A stretch of 51,879 nucleotides of DNA from Candidatus Buchananbacteria bacterium RIFCSPLOWO2_01_FULL_39_33 (GCA_001817505.1 MHIM01000012.1:1-51879), one strand, 5' to 3'. Numbered from the stretch's first letter, positions 1 through 8,479 are shown. Notes: generated by a model not told the origin, from the letters alone. Made by a program: numbers and translations.

Positions 1-209
1 GAAACGCCGGAAGAATTGGCTATCTTGCCTTGATAAGTTATTTGTTGGTTGATGCCTAAGGCGGCGCTGGTGATATCAGCTTTAGTTGAATCAAACCACA
101 ACCAAAACGCCGCCGTTATAAATGGCACGACAAGCAGAATTAAAGCCGTCATCATTTTTCTGATGATTTTGCTTTTTCCTTTAAATTTTTCTATTTCCAG
201 AAATGGCAT
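1..209 (-). CDS. hypothetical membrane-anchored protein, N-terminal fragment (gene continues beyond left edge)
   Basis: Not in ORF track because open at the edge. Minus-strand ATG at 207-209, open to position 1: MPFLEIEKFKGKSKIIRKMMTALILLVVPFITAAFWLWFDSTKADITSAALGINQQITYQGK. One hydrophobic helix. Starts 2 nt after the stop of the upstream HTH gene. Confidence 0.45.
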   Translation of the reverse strand, partial: MPFLEIEKFKGKSKIIRKMMTALILLVVPFITAAFWLWFDSTKADITSAALGINQQITYQGKIANSSGV

Positions 210-211
210 AT

Positions 212-433
212 TTATTTATTTCTCCTCTTAGCTTTTTTTTGTTTGGCATAAACAAACTTGATAAAATCGCGTTCAAAAATCCGGTAAGTCCGTTTTCCAA
301 CGTAACTTACCGGTAATTCGCCGCTATCAATCCAACGATAAATGGTCTTGAGGGAGACCCCAAGTTTTTTAGCTACCTGTTCCATTGTTAGCAGATCATA
401 ACCTGCCATATTTTTCGGACTATATTTATCCAC
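212..433 (-). CDS. excisionase-family / HTH_17 helix-turn-helix DNA-binding protein
   Basis: 73 aa. LLTMEQVAKKLGVSLKTIYRWIDSGELP fits the Xis/AlpA-like (MerR-superfamily) HTH pattern; basic C-terminal tail. Confidence 0.7.
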   Translation of the reverse strand: MDKYSPKNMAGYDLLTMEQVAKKLGVSLKTIYRWIDSGELPVSYVGKRTYRIFERDFIKFVYAKQKKAKRRNK

Positions 434-490
434 AGGCCTATAAATACCTATTATTAGTATATCAAAAAATGTCCTCCAATGTCAATATAA

Positions 491-560
491 TATCTTTAAT
501 TATCTTTTATTTATCTTTATTATCTTTAATTATCTTTTATTTATCTTTATGTATCTTTAT
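491..560. repeat. helically phased 10-bp tandem repeats (30-bp unit x2 plus one), candidate binding array
   Basis: TATCTTTAAT TATCTTTTAT TTATCTTTAT repeated exactly at 491-520 and 521-550, then GTATCTTTAT. Lies 60-130 bp upstream of the minus-strand HTH gene. Confidence 0.8.
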
Positions 561-756
561 GTCCTATAAATATGACTATATTATCTAAATTAAGATAAAT
601 AAATTTTAGATATTTTTCCTGAAAATTAATAAAACAATCAATTAAAAGTGATTTTAAGGTTAATAGCTCGGTTATATTCGTATCGCTAAAATTTTGTAGC
701 TGGCTAAAATTATTAAGAAAATAAAAAGTAATTTACCAAAAGAATAATTCTGCCTC

Positions 757-784
757 TTGACTTTTTTGGGGAATGCCTTAAAAT
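757..784 (+). promoter_or_regulatory. sigma70-like promoter of the small RNA
   Basis: TTGACT (757-762), 16-nt spacer, TAAAAT (779-784). Predicted start near 791-793 coincides with the first base of the RNA closing helix. Confidence 0.55.
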
Positions 785-791
785 GATTTTT

Positions 792-1020
792 AAGCCTGGG
801 AACGGTTCTTGGCGGCAGTTCAGAGAGTTCGATTCTCTCTGACCGGCTCTATGAGGGGCGAGCTATTGTATAGTTTAGCTGGGAGGCCAGGAAGTTTTGG
901 CGCCAGCCAAAATGGAGCCGCTGCTGGAAAACCATCCTTTAGCGAGCCGACCCCGTTACCCGTTAACGGTCTTAAGAGTTCCAGGCTTGGGGAGAGCGCA
1001 GAACATCGCCTCTCCTTTTT
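792..1020 (+). ncRNA. unclassified structured small RNA (about 230 nt); a 6S-like rod is one possibility
   Basis: GC-rich island in an AT-rich spacer, with only mutually overlapping ORFs on both strands. AAGCCTGGGAAC (792-803) pairs with GTTCCAGGCTT (978-988). Hairpins at 821-841 (stem CAGAGAG/CTCTCTG, loop TTCGATT) and 895-912 (TTTTGG/CCAAAA). Possible nested pairs GACCG 841-845/CGGTC 967-971 and GGGG 855-858/CCCC 951-954. Ends in a GGAGAG..CTCTCC hairpin plus T5 (991-1020). Confidence 0.6.
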
Positions 1021-1135
1021 CATTTGTAAAATTATTATTTTACCAAGACGATTCGTTTAAGAAATCGTCTAGATCATGATTTTTGAAATAACTTAGCGGA
1101 TCTGATACAATTAATTAAATGATTAATATAATGAT

Positions 1136-1150
1136 TGATAATCATTATAA
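1136..1150. promoter_or_regulatory. PerR/Fur-family-like 7-1-7 operator upstream of trxA
   Basis: TGATAATCATTATAA is one mismatch from the PerR-box consensus TTATAATnATTATAA and close to the Fur box TGATAATnATTATCA. Embedded in a longer palindrome (about 1127-1150), about 35 nt upstream of the trxA ATG. Confidence 0.4.
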
Positions 1151-1183
1151 TAATTTTTTAATTTATTAATTTTTGATATTATT

Positions 1184-1501
1184 ATGCCTGAAGTAATTTT
1201 TACCGATTCAAATTTTGAAGCCGAGGTTTTAAAAGCCCAGTTGCCGGTTTTGGTTGATTTTTACGCCGATTGGTGCGGACCCTGCAAAATACAAGGCCCG
1301 ATTATTGAGGTGGTGGCCAAAGAAATCAGCGGCCAGGCCAAAGTGGGCAAATTGGATGTTGAGGCTAATCAGGCAACAGCTCAAAAATACCAAGTGATGT
1401 CTATTCCGACTATCATAATTTTTAAAAACGGCCAGGAAGTTGAAAAGATGGTAGGGGTGCAAAACAAAGATAATTTGATTGATAAATTGAGTAAATTATA
1501 A
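1184..1501 (+). CDS. trxA: thioredoxin
   Basis: 105 aa with the WCGPC active site (DFYADWCGPCK) and typical thioredoxin length and fold pattern. Confidence 0.95.
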   Translation: MPEVIFTDSNFEAEVLKAQLPVLVDFYADWCGPCKIQGPIIEVVAKEISGQAKVGKLDVEANQATAQKYQVMSIPTIIIFKNGQEVEKMVGVQNKDNLIDKLSKL

Positions 1502-1622
1502 AAAATTAAGAAATCGGAAATTAGTGACTATCAATTAGAATTTTAAAATTTTCAATTTTCAATTTCAAAACAATTTAAAAATTATTTAATTTTAAAATTA
1601 TAAAATTAAGTCATTGTTTGAA

Positions 1623-1658
1623 CCTGCCGGCCATGCCTACGGCAGACAAGCCGGCAGG
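1623..1658. repeat. GC-rich inverted repeat of the CCTGCC..GGCAGG family
   Basis: CCTGCCGGC (1623-1631) and GCCGGCAGG (1650-1658), set in an AT-rich spacer between mirrored GAAAATT-type arrays. Related cores at 11027, 15015, 34970 and 50817. Confidence 0.8.
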
Positions 1659-1757
1659 CATTGAAAATTAGAAATTGAAAATTTTGTCATAATTTTATAT
1701 TTTTATAAGTTTGACTTTGTTTCTTACAAGATTTTGATTTATTATTTAATAATACCT

Positions 1758-2759
1758 ATGCCAGAGAAGAAGCAGTATGATCTTTTGATTATCGGCGCCG
1801 GCCCAGCTGGGCTGACAGCGGCAATTTATGCCACCAGGAGAAAATTAAAAACAATGGTGGTTTCTTTGACCATTGGCGGCCAAATGGCCTTAACTAATGA
1901 AATAGAAAATTATCCCGGCTGCGATTTGGTTGATGGCCTGGTCTTGGCTACTAAAATGCAAGACCAAGCCGTTAAGTGGGGAGCCGATTTTGATTTTAAT
2001 GAAATAACTGAAATAAAAAGTAAAGATAATATTTTTATCGCCTCAACCAATCAGACCGATTACGAAGTCAAATCAATCATCTTGGCCTTTGGTTTAACCC
2101 CGCGAAAACTTGGCTGTCCCGGCGAAAAAGAATTTACCGGTCGCGGTGTGGTTTATTGCGCCACTTGTGATGGCCCGCTTTTTAAAAATAAAGTGATAGC
2201 CATAGTTGGCGGCGGCAATTCAGCCGTAGAATCAGCTGAATATATGTCTAAAATCGCCAAGCAAGTTTATGTTCTCAATCGCAGTGATCAGTTTCGGGCT
2301 TCGCCTCATATATTGGAGAAAGTTAAGGGTCTCAAAAATATTGAAGTTTATTGTTTTACGGAAATTGCTGAAATTAAGGGTGATATGGTAGTTAAGGCGG
2401 TTAAACTTGTTAATTCTCAAAATAAAAAAATTGAAGAATTAAAGGTTGACGGGGTTTTTATTGAAATTGGCTATGAAGCTAAGACCGATTGGCTCAAGGG
2501 CGTGGTTGATTTAAATGACTGGGGGGAAATTATTATTGACCACCAGAGCGTAACTTCTACTCCCGGCATTTTTGCCGCCGGCGATTGCACTGATACTCAC
2601 CATAAACAAATTGTCATCTCGGCTGGCGAAGGCGCCAAGGCCTCTTTAGGCGCTTATAAATATATTATTGCCAAAGAAGGCGGCTCAACTGTCCCTGATT
2701 GGGGCAAATGCGAGCTGGTGGGCACTGCTAAGACCGCTAAAATTCAACTGGAAAAATAA
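1758..2759 (+). CDS. trxB: thioredoxin-disulfide reductase
   Basis: GAGPAG FAD motif, CATCDG redox-active disulfide, GGGNSAVE NADPH motif. ATG at 1758 preferred over the upstream TTG at 1734. Confidence 0.92.
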   Translation: MPEKKQYDLLIIGAGPAGLTAAIYATRRKLKTMVVSLTIGGQMALTNEIENYPGCDLVDGLVLATKMQDQAVKWGADFDFNEITEIKSKDNIFIASTNQTDYEVKSIILAFGLTPRKLGCPGEKEFTGRGVVYCATCDGPLFKNKVIAIVGGGNSAVESAEYMSKIAKQVYVLNRSDQFRASPHILEKVKGLKNIEVYCFTEIAEIKGDMVVKAVKLVNSQNKKIEELKVDGVFIEIGYEAKTDWLKGVVDLNDWGEIIIDHQSVTSTPGIFAAGDCTDTHHKQIVISAGEGAKASLGAYKYIIAKEGGSTVPDWGKCELVGTAKTAKIQLEK

Positions 2760-2846
2760 CCAAAACAGCCAGTCAGGATATTTATTTGATTGAATCATTA
2801 TTTTAAGATTGCTATAATCAATTTATTAATTAATAGCCCTAAATCT

Positions 2847-3392
2847 ATGCCAGCTAATAGCGGCAATGAGCTTATTAAAGTTAATATTTTTGAAAAAGTA
2901 GGACTGGAAGAAGCAATGAATGTCGGCGATTTGGGTGTTGGCAATTTGGCTTATTTTTCCGTGCCAGCAGCGAAAATTGTCGGCAAAAAGGGGACGGTCT
3001 ACGCTGTTGATATTTTAAAATCAGTCCTGCAATCCGTGGAACATATTGCTAAGCAAGAAGGATTGAATAATATTAAAACGGTTTGGTCCAATTTAGAGAT
3101 GGTCGGCGCCACCAAGATCCCCGCGGACAGTTTGGATTTGACTATGCTGATCAATATGCTTTTTCAATCGGCTAAAGACGAGGTGGTATTTCAGGAGGCC
3201 TACCGGCTAGCCAAACCAGGTGGAAAATTATTAGTGATTGACTGGTCAAGTGTCAGTGCTCCGTTTGGACCGGCGGTCAAGGACAGAATTAAAAAAGAAG
3301 AGGCTATAAAATTAGCCCAGAACTCCGGCTTTAAATTCTTAGAGGATTTTCAAGCTGGTCCGTACCATTTCGGCTTGATTTTTGTAAAGTAG
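2847..3392 (+). CDS. class I SAM-dependent methyltransferase
   Basis: VGDLGVGNLAYF (motif I-like), VYAVDI and LKPGGKLLVIDW. ATG at 2847 preferred; the track ORF begins at TTG 2790. Confidence 0.7.
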   Translation: MPANSGNELIKVNIFEKVGLEEAMNVGDLGVGNLAYFSVPAAKIVGKKGTVYAVDILKSVLQSVEHIAKQEGLNNIKTVWSNLEMVGATKIPADSLDLTMLINMLFQSAKDEVVFQEAYRLAKPGGKLLVIDWSSVSAPFGPAVKDRIKKEEAIKLAQNSGFKFLEDFQAGPYHFGLIFVK

Positions 3393-3516
3393 TGTTGTTA
3401 GCTTATTAGGATTTATAATGTTGCTGGCCTCGCCATGACAGTATATAAAATTTAATTTCTCATTTTCTTATTTTCTCCACAGAAGGAACTGGTAGCTTTA
3501 ATTTTTTATACCCTCT

Positions 3517-3930
3517 ATGCCCTTGGATTTAACCAATTTTTTCAAATTAGAAAGATTTTTTAGTTTGCAGCCGTCTATTGCTCTTAACACGGTTTATTTT
3601 CTCTTGGCGATTTTTGGAGCGGTTATTATAGCTGGCATTTTTTTTAAAGTTATTCAAAAAATCGGCCGAGGCGATTCTTTTTCCAAGAAATTATGGCAAA
3701 AATATCATCTGATGTTTTTGACCCTGGGAGTTATCGGAGTGATTTTGACTTGGTTTCGCTATGAGAGGGTTTATGTTCTTTCGGCCAGATTTTGGTTGTT
3801 GGTTTGGCTGCTGGGTTTGGTTTTTTGGCTGGCGCTTATTTTAAAATATCAGATTAAAAATATTCCCCCAGCCAGGGAAAAGTTGCAGAGGACCAATGAC
3901 TTCAATAAATACCTGCCCAAGAAGAAATAA
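3517..3930 (+). CDS. hypothetical integral membrane protein
   Basis: 137 aa with three to four hydrophobic helices and a basic C-terminus. No recognisable motif. Confidence 0.5.
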   Translation: MPLDLTNFFKLERFFSLQPSIALNTVYFLLAIFGAVIIAGIFFKVIQKIGRGDSFSKKLWQKYHLMFLTLGVIGVILTWFRYERVYVLSARFWLLVWLLGLVFWLALILKYQIKNIPPAREKLQRTNDFNKYLPKKK

Positions 3931-3940
3931 TCATTGATTG

Positions 3941-4306
3941 ATGGAAGGACATAATTCTAAAATCGGCAGATTAGGTGAAGATCTGGCTGGCCGATTTTTA
4001 GAAAAAAACGGTTATCAGATAATTGACAGGAATTTTCAAACCCGCTACGGAGAAATTGATCTCATTGCTCGGCAGGCAGATGAGATTTTATTTTGTGAGG
4101 TCAAAACCCGTTTATCACTACAATATGGCTATCCGGAGCAAGCAGTTGACGGGAAAAAAATTAATCATTTGCTTCAAGCGGCTAAAATATATTTGAAAAT
4201 AAAAAATTTTAATTGTTTTTGGCGTTTGGATATTATCAGCGTGGAACTGGTCGGTAACCGGGAACCGAAAATAGAATGGTTTAAGGATGTGAGTAGCCAG
4301 TATTGA
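3941..4306 (+). CDS. yraN: YraN-family (UPF0102) endonuclease-like protein
   Basis: GRLGEDLAGRFLEKNGYQIIDRNF..YGEIDLIA....ILFCEVKTR is the typical YraN pattern. Confidence 0.8.
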   Translation: MEGHNSKIGRLGEDLAGRFLEKNGYQIIDRNFQTRYGEIDLIARQADEILFCEVKTRLSLQYGYPEQAVDGKKINHLLQAAKIYLKIKNFNCFWRLDIISVELVGNREPKIEWFKDVSSQY

Positions 4307-4356
4307 CAAATATTTTTGACTGTGATATACTGATTACAGATTAGAAAAAGATGATT

Positions 4357-4383
4357 ATGACAGCCCGGTGGCTGTCATTTTTT
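4357..4383 (+). terminator. intrinsic terminator after yraN
   Basis: ATGACAGCC cggt GGCTGTCAT followed by a T-run. Confidence 0.7.
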
Positions 4384-4464
4384 CTTAGCTGCTAAGCAAT
4401 TAACTAATTATAAATAAATCAAATTCAAATATAATTATTTTTATATTTTTATTTTTTAAACCAT

Positions 4465-5823
4465 ATGACCCAATCAGCCATCCAAGCTGCTATCCAGCAA
4501 ATTTGCCAAGAAAAGCATATTTCCGAGGAATCAGTTTTATATACTATTGAACTGGCGCTGGCCGCTGCTTTCAGAAAGGACTTCGGCAATAAAATGCAGA
4601 ATATCATTACTGAATTTGACCCGAAAACCGGCCAAGTCAAAGTTTTTGATTTCAAAACCGTAGTGGAGGATTTGCCAGCAGAAGAATTGGCAGAATTAAA
4701 AGGACAGGCAGAAAAAGAAATTAAAGAAGTTGAAGCTGTTAGAGATGAAAAATCTTTTATCACTGAAGAAAGTTTAGAGAGCCAGGAGGAAGTCAGGCGT
4801 TTTAATCCTAAAACTGAAATCCAATTAAAAGACGCTAAACTTATCAGTCCCAAATACAAAGTCGGCGATGAAATCATTACTCCCTTGGAAGTCCCCGGTG
4901 ATTTCGGACGTATGGCCGCCCAGACCGCTAAGCAAGTAATCATCCAAAAAATCAGAGAAGTTGAGAGGCAGAATATTTTTGATGAATTTAAAGTCCTGGA
5001 GCATCAGGTCGTTAACGGCAGTATTCAACGGAAAGAAAGCCGGAATGTCTTGGTTGATTTAGGCACGGTTACCGCTTTGATGCCATTAGAAGAACAGGTT
5101 AGCGGTGAAAGATATAATGTCGGCAATCGCCTGAAATTTTATATCCGGTCAGTTGAACAAACTGCTCGCGGGCCGCAAATTATTGTTTCCCGGGCCAGCG
5201 CTGAAATGGTGAGGAAAATTTTTGAATTGGAAATACCGGAAATAGCCAGCGGTGTTATTGAGATTAAAGCCATAGCCAGAGAGGCCGGCAATCGGTCAAA
5301 AGTGGCTATTATGACCAATGATGATGGTATTGATCCGATTGGGTCTTGTGTTGGTCAGCGCGGCGGCCGGATACAAACTATTATCAGCGAGCTTAATGGC
5401 GAGAAGGTTGATATCATTCTTTATGATGAAAATCCGGTCAAGTTTATTACCAATGCTTTATCACCAGCTAAAGTGCTTAGTGTGGAAATCAAAGAATCGG
5501 GGCCTGATCAGGTAAAGGAAAAATCAGCCATCGCTACCGTCAAAGAAGATCAATTGTCATTAGCTATTGGCCGCGGCGGACAAAATGTTCGTTTAGCGTC
5601 AAAACTAACTAATTGGAAAATAGACATTATCTCGGCTTCAGAAAAAATACCGGCCGAAATTCCAACTGAAGCAGTTGAAGCTGAACCAGTGGCCGGGGAG
5701 ATCAAAGGAGCTGAACCGAAAGTTAAAGCCCGAAAACCCCGCCAGCAGAGAGCCAAGAAAGGAGAGCCAACTGAAGAAGTTGAAGTTGAAACAGCAACCG
5801 AAGATAAGACCGCCGACCAATAA
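4465..5823 (+). CDS. nusA: transcription termination/antitermination factor NusA
   Basis: S1 domain plus two KH domains (GSCVGQRGGRIQ, LAIGRGGQNVRLAS). Acidic insert in the N-terminal domain and a Lys/Glu-rich C-terminal tail. Confidence 0.93.
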   Translation: MTQSAIQAAIQQICQEKHISEESVLYTIELALAAAFRKDFGNKMQNIITEFDPKTGQVKVFDFKTVVEDLPAEELAELKGQAEKEIKEVEAVRDEKSFITEESLESQEEVRRFNPKTEIQLKDAKLISPKYKVGDEIITPLEVPGDFGRMAAQTAKQVIIQKIREVERQNIFDEFKVLEHQVVNGSIQRKESRNVLVDLGTVTALMPLEEQVSGERYNVGNRLKFYIRSVEQTARGPQIIVSRASAEMVRKIFELEIPEIASGVIEIKAIAREAGNRSKVAIMTNDDGIDPIGSCVGQRGGRIQTIISELNGEKVDIILYDENPVKFITNALSPAKVLSVEIKESGPDQVKEKSAIATVKEDQLSLAIGRGGQNVRLASKLTNWKIDIISASEKIPAEIPTEAVEAEPVAGEIKGAEPKVKARKPRQQRAKKGEPTEEVEVETATEDKTADQ

Positions 5824-5885
5824 TCAAAATAAGTTTAAAACTTAAAATCCAGGTAATTTAGTCAAACTAATCAAAGGAGAGTTTC

Positions 5886-6284
5886 ATGGATAATGACGAT
5901 TTTGAGGAAAAGGAAATTTTGGTTTTAGTGGAAAGTCCATTTGCCGGAGATAATGATTGGGTGATTGCTCTAAATATCAAGTATGCCAGGGCTTGCTTGC
6001 GTGATTCTTTAAGGCGCGGTGAGTGTCCCTTTGCTTCCCATTTGCTTTATACCCAGACCGGTGTTCTAAGAGATAAAGTGCCTGAAGAAAGAAAATTAGG
6101 GATTAAAGCCGGTTTGGCCTGGGGCCGGCGAGCCCAAAAAACAGTAGTTTATACTGACTTGGGCCTTACTAATGGCATGAAGTTAGGGATAGCGCGGGCC
6201 GAGGAAGCTAACCGGCCGGTTGAGTTTCGCACTTTGCCTAATTGGCAGGAGATATTGAGCAACACTGAACCGCTTAAATTTTAA
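5886..6284 (+). CDS. conserved hypothetical protein (phage-associated-type family, function unknown)
   Basis: 132 aa: VLVESPFAGD...NIKYARACLRDSLRRGECPFASHLLYTQ...VVYTDLGLTNGM. Higher GC than its neighbours; own terminator. Confidence 0.55.
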   Translation: MDNDDFEEKEILVLVESPFAGDNDWVIALNIKYARACLRDSLRRGECPFASHLLYTQTGVLRDKVPEERKLGIKAGLAWGRRAQKTVVYTDLGLTNGMKLGIARAEEANRPVEFRTLPNWQEILSNTEPLKF

Positions 6285-6324
6285 ATCCCGCGCCGAGTTT
6301 TCTCTGGAGCGGGATTGATTTTTT
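6284..6324 (+). terminator. intrinsic terminator
   Basis: AATCCCGC (6284-6291) pairs with GCGGGATT (6309-6316), followed by a T-run. Confidence 0.7.
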
Positions 6325-6370
6325 AAATTTTTAGTTTTATTATTAAAATATAAATAATCATCAATAATTT

Positions 6371-8341
6371 ATGTTACTTACTTGGCTTTCTCTTATTATC
6401 GCTCTTGGCGGTTTTGGTTTTGCCAGCTTTTTAGTTTTTAAACTAATCAAGCAAAAAGTAGCCAGCCAAGGACTTGAGGTCATTTCTGCTTACTTGGAAA
6501 AAGGCGTGATGATTTTTATTTTTAAAGAGTATTTTATTTTATCCATTTTTATTTTAATTATAGCGGTAATTTTAGCCGCCTTGCCCATGGTCTCTTGGCA
6601 AATAGTTTTAACTTTTATTTTAGGAGCGATTTTTTCTATGACGGCCAGTTTTATTGGTTTAAAGATCACTGTTTTAGCTAATAGCCGGACAGCCGAAAAT
6701 TGCGCCAAAGATTTGCGTTCAGGTTTTGATTTGGCTCTTTCAGCCGGTTCAGCGGCCGGCCTGGCTATTGCCAGTTTGGGCTTATTAGGACTCTCCTTGC
6801 TTTATTTAATCTTTAAGGAACCGGCAGTAATTTACGGCTTTGGTCTAGGCGCTTCTTTAGCCGCTTTATTCATCAGAATCGGCGGCGGCATTTATACCAA
6901 GGCGGCCGATATGGGCGCTGACTTGGCCGGCAAATTGGAAAACAATATTCCGGAAGATGACCCGCGCAATCCGGCTTCTATTGCCAATAGCGTCGGTGAC
7001 AATGTTGGCGATGTAGCCGGAGTAAGCGCCGATCTTTTTGAAAGTTATGTTGATGCGCTGATGGTAGCGATGGTTTTAGGCGTGGTCTTTTTGCCGCTTT
7101 TTGGCTCTCAAGCCATTGCTTTGCCGCTCTTAATAGCCGGCCTGGGCCTTATCGCTTCTATTTTAAGCAACTTGTCAGCCAAGTTTTTTAAAGTCAGTTT
7201 AGCTTTATTATTAAGTAGCCTTAATTGGCTGGCTGTCTTACTGGTTTTACTTGCTTCATTTTTAGTTATTAAGTACGCTATTGGCGATTTGAACATTTTT
7301 TTCGCTTTAGCCAGCGGACTGGTGGCTGGCGTGATTATCAATCTTTCAACCGAGTATTTTACTTCCAATAAAAGGCGGCTAGTTCAAAAACTGGCCCAAA
7401 GCTCCCAAACCGGTTTGGCGGCTAATATAATTTCCGGTTTGTCTTTGGGATTTTTCAGTTCCCTTATTCCGGTTTTAACGACCGTTATAGTGATTTATTT
7501 TTCTTATGACTTGGCTGGCTTTTACGGCTTAGCTCTGGCAGTTGTTGGTTTACTTTCCACCTTAGGTCTGATTTTAGCCACTAATATTTATGGTCCGATA
7601 ACCGACAATGCCGCCAGTTTGGCGCTAATGGCCGGCTTAGGCAATGAAACCTTAGAGCGCGCCAAAGAGTTGGACGCCTTGGGCAATACTACCATGACTA
7701 TCGGCAAGGGCTTGGCTATAACCAGCGCTACTTTAACCGCTCTATTGCTTTTAATCGCTTTTGCCAAAATAATAAATTTGGAAATTATTAATTTAATCAG
7801 TCCCCAGGTCTTGGCCGGTTTGCTTATCGGTGGCTTATTGCCTTTTGTTTTTACGGCTTTAATTTTAAAATCAGTCAGCCAGGCCACTGCTAAAATAGTT
7901 GAGGAAATTCGGCGCCAGTTTAGAGAAATTGCCGGACTAATTTCCGGCCAAGCCGAACCGGATTATAAGAAATGCATAGAAATTTCAACTTTAGCCGCTT
8001 TAAAACAAATGATGGCTCCCGGGGTTTTGGCTATGGCCACTCCAGTTATAGTCGGCTTTTGGTTGGGTGAAGAGTCCTTGGCTGGACTATTGGCTGGTTC
8101 AATTATAGTCAGTTTTCTTTTGGCCTTGTTTATGACTAATGCCGGCGGCGCTTGGGATAATGCTAAAAAATTTATTGAAGCTGGCAATTTAGGCGGCAAA
8201 AACAGCGAGGCGCATAAAGCGGCCATAGTCGGCGATATCATCGGCGATCCGCTCAAAGACGTGGCTGGCCCGGCCTTGAATATTCTGATAAAATTAATGG
8301 CGATTATTGCTATAATCATTGCGCCGCTATTATTGTTATAA
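6371..8341 (+). CDS. hppA: membrane-bound ion-translocating pyrophosphatase
   Basis: 656 aa polytopic protein. GGGIYTKAADMGADLAGK, DDPRNPASIANSVGDNVGDVAG, GGAWDNAKKFIE and GDIIGDPLKDVAGPALN are signature motifs. Confidence 0.95.
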   Translation: MLLTWLSLIIALGGFGFASFLVFKLIKQKVASQGLEVISAYLEKGVMIFIFKEYFILSIFILIIAVILAALPMVSWQIVLTFILGAIFSMTASFIGLKITVLANSRTAENCAKDLRSGFDLALSAGSAAGLAIASLGLLGLSLLYLIFKEPAVIYGFGLGASLAALFIRIGGGIYTKAADMGADLAGKLENNIPEDDPRNPASIANSVGDNVGDVAGVSADLFESYVDALMVAMVLGVVFLPLFGSQAIALPLLIAGLGLIASILSNLSAKFFKVSLALLLSSLNWLAVLLVLLASFLVIKYAIGDLNIFFALASGLVAGVIINLSTEYFTSNKRRLVQKLAQSSQTGLAANIISGLSLGFFSSLIPVLTTVIVIYFSYDLAGFYGLALAVVGLLSTLGLILATNIYGPITDNAASLALMAGLGNETLERAKELDALGNTTMTIGKGLAITSATLTALLLLIAFAKIINLEIINLISPQVLAGLLIGGLLPFVFTALILKSVSQATAKIVEEIRRQFREIAGLISGQAEPDYKKCIEISTLAALKQMMAPGVLAMATPVIVGFWLGEESLAGLLAGSIIVSFLLALFMTNAGGAWDNAKKFIEAGNLGGKNSEAHKAAIVGDIIGDPLKDVAGPALNILIKLMAIIAIIIAPLLLL

Positions 8342-8358
8342 TAATTTTTATCTCAAAT

Positions 8359-8388
8359 ACTGCCGATTGATTTTTCGGCAGTTTTTTG
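8359..8388 (+). terminator. intrinsic terminator after hppA
   Basis: ACTGCCGA (8359-8366) pairs with TCGGCAGT (8375-8382), followed by T5. Confidence 0.75.
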
Positions 8389-8404
8389 TTAAGCTTAGTA
8401 AATT

Positions 8405-8429
8405 GTCATTGCGAAAAATGAAGCAATCC
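8405..8429. repeat. half copy of the GTCATTGCGA..GAAGCAATC element
   Basis: GTCATTGCGAAAAATGAAGCAATCC resembles the left arm of the palindromic element at 11249-11324. Confidence 0.6.
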
Positions 8430-8479
8430 CATGTTTTCTATACTAAAATATAAAATTATTCTGTTAACTTAAATATTTT

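Noticed and set aside
491-560. Possible CRISPR array from the 30-bp repeats
   Set aside because: The repeats are directly adjacent with no spacers, there are only two full units, and no cas genes are nearby.
1-760. Integrated prophage or integrative element at the left edge
   Set aside because: Only an excisionase-type HTH gene and tandem repeats are visible. No integrase, att repeat pair or phage genes lie within the window, and the HTH gene appears co-transcribed with a membrane-protein gene.
792-1020. tmRNA or tRNA-like gene, suggested by the TTCGATT T-loop hairpin next to an excisionase-type gene
   Set aside because: No 7-bp acceptor stem partner for the sequence after the hairpin, no CCA or GGGG..TTCGAC 5' signature, and no tag reading frame with a typical ending. 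The stem is 7 bp rather than the 5 bp of a T arm. The excisionase-like gene lies on the 5' side, not at an RNA 3' end.
809-1079. Three track ORFs (809-1060 +, 897-1079 +, 820-1023 -) in the GC-rich island
   Set aside because: They overlap each other on both strands and have Pro/Gly/Arg/Ser-rich composition typical of translated structured RNA. There is no SD, and the region has its own promoter and terminator plus extensive base pairing.
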